Part shown: piece by piece, positions 55,430-64,000 of the stretch | Position numbering within the stretch: position 1 is the stretch's first letter | Layout: the number at the start of each line of letters is the position of its first letter | Assembly: GCA_951406725.2 (NCBI GenBank) | Contig: OX597827.1 | Coordinates: 51,894,001 to 51,958,000, forward strand | Source: Octopus vulgaris | Lineage: Eukaryota | DNA: 64,000 nucleotides | Reading direction: 5' to 3' | Position numbers and translations under genes: made by a program | The notes under the pieces: generated by a model | What the model was told of the DNA's origin: nothing | Databases searched by the model: none | Seen by the model: only the letters and a program-made list of their open reading frames with translations

Positions 55430-56100
55430 ATAAAAAACATTTCTTTAGAACCTATAAGTATTATAGGTTTTTCAACCCCCACAATATTAAAATCAGTTAT
55501 TCCATTAAGACGACACTGTTTCTACCATCGCATGCTACAATAGGTGCAAACGAACACCTACACAACATCCAATCTATACCCCGACCCGTAAGTTCCAAAA
55601 TCCTAACAACTTCCAATGGGGAGAGTCCTAACTTTCATGAGTCACACCATCAAATAGCCTTAAAAGACACTACACAGGCATGACAGCCAATAACTTCGAA
55701 AGAAGCTATACAAAACATATGCATTCCTTCAGGTGCAGGGACAGTCCTAACTTTCATGTGGTCTGTAGATCCAACCTCACACCATCAAATGGCCTTAAAA
55801 GACGCTACACGGGCATGACAGCCAATAACTTCAAAAAGAGGTACACACAACATATGAATTCCTTCATGCAGGGACAAGGAAGACTCTATCTCACTATCTT
55901 GTGAGATATCTTGTGAGATGACGCAGTGTCATCATGATGTGACCTACAACCATTGGAACACCGCCCCTTACATTGAATGGAGTATCATTGACATCTTCCC
56001 ACTTATTCACCTTCAATTCGCAATTGCCAACTCTACTTCTGCGAGAGACTACACATGCTTCACTTACCTACAGTATTCATCAACAGGAAGAATGAACTAG
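55430..56100 (+). mobile_element. Penelope-like element remnant (GIY-YIG) with ~135-bp internal tandem duplication
   Basis: FFNPHNIKISYS, and YTGMTANNF(E/K)(R/K).YT.HM.SF present twice. Confidence 0.75.
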
Positions 56101-57059
56101 CTTATTGTTGCCACCAGAGGTACGCCCTGATGATGAACTTCAAGTCTCTGGCAGCTGACAATCCAGATATCCACTGCTCCATACACAAAGACAGAGTAAT
56201 TATGAAATGATATGAATTACGAAATATGAAGTGGTGTCGCGAGGTATAACATAGTGCAGCTTTCAGGCATGGCTGCATCATCTACCTAATAATTTCCTTT
56301 CGGAGCATGAGGACCTACATTAATAAAGATTTTGAACTATTACTGTTGCATACAGAAGTTCGATGAATGGTAATGGAAAATTGCCTGAAAGTTTCTATAT
56401 TTTTTTAAAACAGTTATTGAATTTGCAGCGAGACTCCTGTCATACATTGACTGACTAGGCTTAAGTAGTCAGAAAATGGCTCATACGCTGTTTTTCTGCG
56501 ATTAGTCACGTGGCCTGATCATGTCATGGTGTAACACATTGGCCAAGTCCTTTTGTCGAGATTGGTTTCGTTAATTATCCATTTGTGTTACTTGACGGAC
56601 CAACCAAGCGCGGCAAAATGTGTTTGCTCTTTGGAGTCCCTAATCATCTTTAAATAGAGGACCTTTCCTATTTTCACCAGTGAGGTAGGGAGAAAGCACA
56701 GAGAGAGGAGAATTATTTGCAGGTAGTTTTTACGCGTTACGTATGTTCCTGTTTACCATGCACTTATAAGCAGAGTGAATATGAGAGACTCCAAGAAGGG
56801 ATGTCACGTATTTCTGTTCCCGTCTTCCCAGCACACATCACTCATTTGAGTAGCAAATATGTATATTTTCTTCAAACAGTGTCATCATGATGTGACCTAC
56901 CTGTTGCTGTACCAATTTATTTAACGTTGAATAAAACGTAGCACTTAATTACAACTTGTTTTCTTAGATTTCTTTCCACTGTTTATATACTACTCATTAT
57001 GACCAGAAAATTGTAATTATACCAGGGCCTGAGACACATTAATCAACCCGTTAAAAATT

Positions 57060-57938
57060 CTTGCAAGATCCTAATTCTGCTCTTTATGATGAATTAAGAA
57101 ACATCACGCAGACTCACCAAGCTCAATGACATTAATTTTGTAACTGCAAAGAAATGAGGTTAGACCTTATCAAGGTAAAATCAGCTTTCTCCACGTTTCT
57201 GTTCTGGTCAAAGTTATTTAAATGTAACATAAGCCGTAGTGAGTTCTTCCAGTTTCTGAGCCTCTCTGAACTGGAGAAGGAAAAATGCATACCAGAAGAA
57301 GACATTCAAGTCTATTCTCCACACCTGATTTAGCTATGTTCGACAAACTCGGGCTACTTATTTTTGATTAAAATACTAGTCTGGGTGATTCCTACATATC
57401 AGTAATGAGGAAACAAAAATAGTGGAGGAAGAACTGGTTTTACTTTAAAATGATTTTGACCTGAGACCAAAGTTCAAAAAATCATATCAGGATCTTTAAT
57501 TGCAAAAGGACATTTCTGACTGCTACCCTGCACTGTGGAAATTGACTTTATTGCCTGCCGAAGTTTCTGTACAGCTGCCCCACTTTTTTCTAAGGAAAGT
57601 GAAACCAGACTGAAAATTATTGAACACGGGAATATTAGTGTCTTTCAGTCTGACGTTGGGAAGCTGATATCCCTGCACAAAGTATATCCATCGTAGTAAA
57701 AATATGAAAAAACGTTATTGCAGATGATATGTAAATTTACTCTTTCATATTGTAAAAATAGCAAAATAATGGGTTAACTAAGTTAACCCATTTTTGAATT
57801 GTTTTGAATTTGCAATAGAAAAAGATCTACGTTTATAGTGATGCAGTGGTGGCGGTGGTGGTGGCGGTGGCAGGAGGCGCCAGGAATGTGGTCTGGGAAC
57901 CAAGGGAGCGGCTTTACGAAAAATTCTGGGAACCATCA
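57060..57938 (+). pseudogene. Decayed hAT (Buster/Charlie-like) transposase C-terminus and 3' end
   Basis: LIKVKSAFSTF...FFQFLSLSEL, EEELV..NDFDLRPKFKKSYQD..LQKDISDCYPALW, and RLKIIEHG...DVGKLISLHKVYPS* (cf. terminal QAHPSH). Degenerate right TIR TTCTGGGAACCATC. Confidence 0.8.
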
Positions 57939-58044
57939 ATCTAAGAAAGAATGGGAAATTCAACAGCACTATCTCGTAACTTCTTTTAAAAGCTAAACAG
58001 AAATATATAAAAAGATAAATAACTCAGGAAAAAGAAAATTACCA

Positions 58045-58430
58045 CCGCGCAGGCGCAAGAATTTTGCTTCTCAACAACATAGTTCCGGGTTCAGTCTCAT
58101 TGCGTGGCACCTTGGACAAGTGTCTTCAACTATAGCCCCAGATTAACTTAAGCCTTGCGGGTGGATTTGATAGACGGAAACTGAAAGAAACCCATCATAT
58201 ACTTATACATATATGAGTGTGTATCTTTGTGTTTGTCATCTACACTGCTTGACAACCGGTGTTGGTATATTTACGTCTTCGTAACTTAGCGGTTTGATTG
58301 AAGAATAAAAAGAAAAGTACGAGGCTTAAAGCAAAAGTACTGGGATCGATTCGTTCGACTAAATGCTTCATGGCAGCGCCCCAGCATGACCGTAGTCTGA
58401 TGACTGAAACAAGTAAAACATGAAAGATAA
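58045..58430 (+). mobile_element. tRNA/CORE-like SINE
   Basis: Same family as 14937-15395. Confidence 0.85.
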
Positions 58431-58439
58431 ACTACCTTT

Positions 58440-59340
58440 CACATTTGCCAGCATCAATCCCGGTATTTGTTCTAATTGGGGACATAACTTTTCTCGTTCC
58501 CGTTACACCGTTTCAGGTACGATACATTTTCTCTTCTGGATTTTAAACACGAAATTGTAAATCCTTCATATTGAAATTTATTATCCAAGTATTTTAAGCT
58601 TATTTCCGGGTCTCTTACGCCTCAACATGAATACAATGTGTCGGTTTTAATAATTTTTAACACGGATTTACTTCACAGGTTTATACTAAATCTTATGTTT
58701 CCATTATTTCTTGATTGTTTCTTTTTTCTTTTCGTAAATTCTGTATTGTTGATATCTAACGTAAGTACGAGTTTGTTGTTGTTGCTTATCCCCATATCCA
58801 CCTAAAAGGTGCAGACGTATGATCAAAAGCATTTCAACCATAATTATCTCGTTTTTCCGTTGTGACTAAGACTACATTATCTAGTGTCATTTCCTTATTT
58901 ACGACGGTAACGTGTAATTTGAAGATTTCGCTGTTATTTCTAGCTTTTCGTGGTGTTGGAAACGAATATCCGGTTGTTCCGTTCGTTCTTTTCCAAACGT
59001 ACGAACGGTGTTAAGAGAAGTGAAAGATCTCCCGGATGGAATTGACGAAGCGCTCGGAGATTTATTTTTCTTCCTGCGATCGTTAATTCTTTTTACATCT
59101 GTCATCGAATTGGTATAAACATCGCTCATTTTCCCACTTCTTTATACAAAAAAATCATTTTCGTGTCAAATATCTTCTTTCACTAAACATCGCCTTAAAC
59201 CAACATAAGACTTGTGCTGAACTCGCCATTATATCTGCCATCAATTAAAAAAAGTTACCTAATGTTACCTAATAAAGTCACATCTACCATTAAATAGCAA
59301 TACAGTTAATGATTGAACGCTGGGCGGTCCAAAAAGGGTG
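58440..59340. promoter_or_regulatory. CpG-retaining island; candidate promoter or first-exon region
   Basis: About 40 CpG in 0.9 kb by manual count, against roughly 10 in the next 3 kb. YY1-like CGCCAT at ~59225. Plus-strand donors CAG|GTACGA (58517) and AAC|GTAAGT (58761). Confidence 0.5.
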
Positions 59341-60506
59341 CCTCTTCGTGGTCACAAGGGTTGCTAGAAAAGCAACCACATCTTCCTCGAATTATACTCT
59401 GTCATCTTAAAAGAAGAACATTGCTTTGGATAGTGTAGTTAATATAAGATTGCCAGAAAATAAGACAGGAAGGTCAAAGGTGGAATGCCAATGTTTATAA
59501 GCCTTCTTAACCAGAGGCTGACAACTGATGTAAAGAATCTAAATCTCAGTCAGATTCCATACAAAATATTGATTTCAGCATATATACATGTGATACTGGT
59601 TCACAAACTGAAATTCAGGAATCCATGTTGCATGCATGTACAGTACATTTACAAATCATCAAGATCTGCTTTTCACTTCCGAAATTTATTTACCCAGCTA
59701 TCTCCATCTCTACAACCAGTTAGGCATTTTAATTATTGTTTAATAAGTGCAACATTCTTCATTGATTCAGACCCATATTGGAACATGCTACACACTTAGA
59801 CATTCTCGACCTTATCCAGAAGAATATCATTTGACTGACCAGCAATGATTCACTCACCAGCCACTGTGACCACTAGTTCACAAGCCAAAATGCATGGTTA
59901 CTCTACCTGATCAAAACAGCAGCTGAATCTCCCTTAAATTGAACATTATCATATTTTAAAAAATTATGACACATTGGATGATGTCATATTAGATAAACTA
60001 TCTGTAAAAATGAAAACAATTGAATGGTCACAGAGGGAATACCTTTTGTTCATAGATCTGCATGGTCCAATTTCCTGTGGCTGACAAGTAGTTGACAGGC
60101 AAGAAATTTTCTCTCTTCTGTTAACTCCTCTCAGTTATCCAGCCCTAAGTGCAAAAAGAAAATCTGAAAATACAGTGTTGGTACTAGTAAAGCAGTCGCA
60201 AAGGTAAAATTGTTGGTTGGACAAACTGCAACAATAATTTTAAAAGATAAGATTATTATTTCAAATCTAAGCCAGTATTTGAGGTTAAGACAAAAATTGA
60301 ACAAAATAGCTGCACAGAAATTAAATCTGAGTTTTATTTGTTATTGTTTTTTTTTTTAATAGTCAAAGGAGAAGCAGTAGTGTACATGCATTTTGTAAGC
60401 CCTGATGAAGTCAATATAGATATTCAGCTTGAATTTGCATGTTTTGTAGAGAAATTGGAGGAAGAGAAAGCATTTTAGATCACTAAGAACTAAACAAAGT
60501 GTTTAA

Positions 60507-60691
60507 CCCTTTAGCATTCAGACTATTCTGTCAGATGTAATGTTTATTATTCACATTGTAGATTCAAGATTTGAATGGTTTGATTGTTTGTTTTTAGACT
60601 AACATTGTCAGGTAGTATGTATGAGATTGGAACTGAACATAAAACAGGTAGAATATTTCGGTTGGATATGGCTGGCTTAAATGCTAAAGTG
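60507..60691. mobile_element. TTAA-flanked MITE (piggyBac-like)
   Basis: TTAA at 60503-60506 and 60692-60695. TIR CCCTTTAGCATT / AATGCTAAAGTG (11/12). Confidence 0.75.
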
Positions 60692-61198
60692 TTAAAACAA
60701 GATTTTTAATAGGTTAGGGATGATAAGAGATGGAGATGTAGTCATTACATATAATTTGGATTTGGTGTACAGCTTGCTAGTTCAGTTGTAACATGTAGAA
60801 GCAGTAGAAAGAGGAAATAAAATATATTTAGGCTAGTACGTGTTGCATATTTGAGAGATAGATGCAGCACTCCCCCAGATATGTGATATGTGTTTTAATA
60901 TAGTTGAGTTTTGTAGAGGTTGAGCAACTGATCAGGGGGAAGTATCTTGGTTTCATGTCAATTTTGCCTACATGCAGGAAGCTAAGGAGCCTTCAAGAGT
61001 GGTATTGTATGTATAGATGAACGTGTAGTTAGAAGTAACAGCAAGTATATTGCTAATGTAGATAAGTAAGTCTTAGGTGACACAAAACTCTCAGAGTACA
61101 CCAGAGTTGATAAAAAGCAGGTTAAAGACTGAAAATTTCCAATCCATGAGAAAAAAAGATGGCTAGAGCCTACAAGAAAGAAATTTTGCCAAGTCATC

Positions 61199-61315
61199 AT
61201 GACAGATATGTCTTTAGGGAGATCTTATAGTTGTTCACACTGTGGCAAAGTCTTTCTTCATCTTGATGATATTTGCACTCATATTAGAGAAAAGCTATTA
61301 TTTCAGCATAAATAA
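61199..61315 (+). pseudogene. Degenerate single C2H2 finger remnant
   Basis: YSCSHCGKVFLHLDDICTHIREK has C-x2-C-x12-H, but lacks the last His and is followed by a stop. Confidence 0.5.
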
Positions 61316-62822
61316 ATTTGATCCCATTATCTCACTTGTGACAGAAAAATATTAATCAACCCTGAAGTAAAAGTGAAATTAATTTTTAGTCAGATAGGTA
61401 AACTGGAGCAAGAAAAGTATGTACCATGCTGAATGGAACAACCCAGTGATTACAGTGATCACATTAGGATCATAAGTTTTGAAGAATTAGAATAGTTATG
61501 ATGCTAATTTACTGCATCACTAACCACATAGTCATAGGATCAAACACTACTGGAGTATTGTATTCCTAATCAAAATTCATAACCCTGCTTCTCCTATTTT
61601 CCTGGACTTATGCATAATATTTAGTCCTATTTCATATTTGAGTAATTAGCAGTAAGGAGTACAATTAGCTGAAAAGTTTATTTTCTCTAATGAAAACTAT
61701 TTCATTCAAGTAGAAGTGAGCAAGTAAAATAAGATATTATGCTACAAACTTATAGGTTGTGAGTTCAAATCTGCTACCATCATTTCCTTAACTTTCTGAC
61801 AAAATTACAGCAGGAAACCAAAGTTAAGCACTGGTTCTCAAGGTGTGTTACTATTGGTAGGTGATATTTATAATGAAAACCAACCATAAATGTTTAAAAA
61901 CAGCCGTAGAAGAGTAAAAGTATCAAGTACTAAAAATTTGTATTCTTGGTATTCATGTTTATATTGATTTTGTCTTCATTTTGATATGGCAGGTGCAACT
62001 GCTATTGTTTCCTCTTGCTACTGAGACACACATATACACCAACGATGAGATTGCAATCGTTTCTAATCATATCTACTCCTGTGCATAGAATACAATACTT
62101 TACTTCAACCTAATTTCCAGCACATTTATAATCCCTACAAAAAGACTTTGAAAGAATCCTACATTGATAATCTAGTCTCATTTAAAAGCTCAAAAATACA
62201 GTCAAAGCACATAACAATACATTTGGCATTACACTCTTTCTAAAAGCTAAAACCTTCATACATTTTATAAATTCTGGGCCTCACCTTCTTTGACAGTCAC
62301 AGTCAAACCTCTATCACAAGGATTAGGTTTTTTCTTTAGGGTCAGTCAATGCATCAATCTAACAGAGCACAAGTATTCTCTGATTGTATTTATGAATCAT
62401 TACATCCACTACAAAGATACACACACTCTGGACCATGTCCAAAAACAGACCTTCTATCATTTAAGAAAATCTTCACTTACCAATTACACTACAACTAGTT
62501 TTGGGTCTCCTCTCTGAACTTACCTGTTGTGTATCTCCAAACTCATTTGATGCACCTACCTTGCCTCTTATCAATCTTACTGCCTAATACATCGCAGAGA
62601 AATTGTTCAGTCGTGGATCCCAGAACAACTTTTTTATAGTGTTCACTCCCTGAACATCAAACTCTACCACCCAATCATCTTCTCCAGTTCAGAGTTGAGG
62701 CAGGTGCAAAGGTTAAGAACACTGCTCTTCCTTTGAACTAACTGGTAAAAATCTTTTTTTTTTAATTCTCAATTTACTCGACCTACCCGTCTGACGTTTT
62801 CCTTTTTATTGTTTTCGTTTAG

Positions 62823-63038
62823 ATGTAGCAGTTACCTCCCTTATCGTGAGTTTCTCACATGATAATCAACCACCAAGTACATAACAGCTTATTACAGTTT
62901 TATTCAAAAACTTTCAAAAATTTATCTATTTTAAAAAAACAGCAACAACAAAGCACACCAAAAATGGACAAGAAATAACAAATACTACTGACACGAAAGA
63001 AAATATAAATTTTCTTGCTGAATTCTCTTTGCATAACA
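62823..63038 (+). other. 5'-UTR part of the zinc-finger coding exon
   Basis: Branch point CTGAC at 62791, acceptor TTTTCCTTTTTATTGTTTTCGTTTAG ending at 62822, in-frame TAA at 63006, and uORF MDKK* at 62964. Confidence 0.7.
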
Positions 63039-64000
63039 ATGCCAACTTCTCTTCAATCCTCTCATCCTTATCTTATTCCTGCTGATGACCAATTGAAATT
63101 GGAACCTGTATCATTCACTCCCCAATCTTCACATGAAGCTTCCATTTCTACAGAGTTCCCTGCATTGGAAACCAGATTTAATGAAGCTACTTTAGGGAAT
63201 GTGACCTTTAACAACAAGCATTCATTCGAGATGAACCAACCATCTTTTAATTTACAAAAAAAGAATGATGTTATGGCTTCAACAATAGCAGCCAAAACAG
63301 AAGTGACATTATTGAATGACACCTCAACCAGTTTTAGTAATTCTTTACAAAGACTAGAGGGTGATACAAAAAGGAGTCAGTGTTCATCAACAGCTAGTAA
63401 ACACCGCTCTGTTATTTGCCAGCACTGTTTTAAGGCCTTTTATCGCACTGCTGATCTTCGTCTGCATATGCGTACCCATACTGGGGAACGGCCATTTAAG
63501 TGTGACCTTTGCCCCAAAGCATTTGCACAGACAAGTCACCTGACTAAACATCGAAGAATACATACTGGGGAACGTCCATACAAGTGTTCAATGTGTAGTT
63601 TAGCTTTCACTCAGTCAAGTAACTTAAAGAAACATGTAAGGACACACTTCAAGGCAAGCAATACCTCAAGAAATGTGATACATGGGAACATTAGCCAAAA
63701 TGATACGACTTCCAACAGTAACAGCATTCTTACAAATATCAACTCTAAAGTCCTTCATCGTTGTAAGTATTGCCTGCGTCATTTCTTCTCCAATATAGCT
63801 CTCTCTGTTCACATGAAAAAACACTTACGAACAAAGCGCTTTTCTCCAATTTCTATGCCTGGTCAGTTCTCAGTATCAACAGTTAATACATCAATGAAAG
63901 TAAACAAAACCCATCAAAATACGAAAGTAAGAATTCATAAAATAAATTCCAACTCAGCATCCTTGAAACCACATTCGGCTATATTGACTAATAACAATTA
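63039..64000 (+). CDS. C2H2 zinc-finger protein (partial; frame open to the window end, at least 320 aa)
   Basis: Manual translation gives MPTSLQSS...ICQHCFKAFYRTADLRLHMRTH-TGERP-FKCDLCPKAFAQTSHLTKHRRIH-TGERP-YKCSMCSLAFTQSSNLKKHVRTH...HRCKYCLRHFFSNIALSVHMKKH. No stop occurs before 64000. Confidence 0.93.
   Translation, partial: MPTSLQSSHPYLIPADDQLKLEPVSFTPQSSHEASISTEFPALETRFNEATLGNVTFNNKHSFEMNQPSFNLQKKNDVMASTIAAKTEVTLLNDTSTSFSNSLQRLEGDTKRSQCSSTASKHRSVICQHCFKAFYRTADLRLHMRTHTGERPFKCDLCPKAFAQTSHLTKHRRIHTGERPYKCSMCSLAFTQSSNLKKHVRTHFKASNTSRNVIHGNISQNDTTSNSNSILTNINSKVLHRCKYCLRHFFSNIALSVHMKKHLRTKRFSPISMPGQFSVSTVNTSMKVNKTHQNTKVRIHKINSNSASLKPHSAILTNNN

Noticed and set aside
56820-56900. ATGATGA C-box on the minus strand, suggesting a C/D snoRNA
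   Set aside because: No suitably placed CTGA D box or terminal stem.
58899-59129. 76-aa minus ORF as a complete gene
   Set aside because: Its 3' end runs into a dispersed repeat (~58775-58945) and I found no convincing downstream coding exon. It is kept only as a candidate first exon.
61829-62724. Possible hAT element bounded by CACTGGTTCTCAA and TTAAGAACACTG
   Set aside because: The TIRs are imperfect and the flanking 8-mers do not match.

Overview
This is AT-rich, microsatellite- and transposon-dense animal genomic DNA. The SINE and LINE repertoire suggests a coleoid cephalopod, probably Octopus (inference). Two host genes are supported, both on the + strand. The first is an unrecognised 299-aa type I single-pass membrane protein encoded in one exon (27505-28404), with candidate non-coding 5' exons. 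The second is a C2H2 zinc-finger gene starting at 63039 that runs off the window end and is missing from the ORF track. The rest is mobile DNA. It includes a young, 5'-truncated RTE-clade LINE with an uninterrupted frame and an internal PHD-type finger, plus many short copies of its 3' end. There are also 3' fragments of Tx1/L1 and R4/Dong elements, Penelope-like remnants, mariner, Tigger and hAT relics, MITEs with intact TIRs and TSDs, and several tRNA-derived SINE families. The most interesting signals are: a SINE subfamily whose 44-nt 3' tail matches the Tx1-like LINE and whose three copies all abut GGTA, two decayed minimal hammerhead ribozymes, the orphan membrane protein behind a uORF-rich leader, and a CpG-retaining island with candidate first exons. 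Almost all short ORFs in the track are microsatellite or antisense artefacts. All family assignments come from motif recognition by eye; no search was run.
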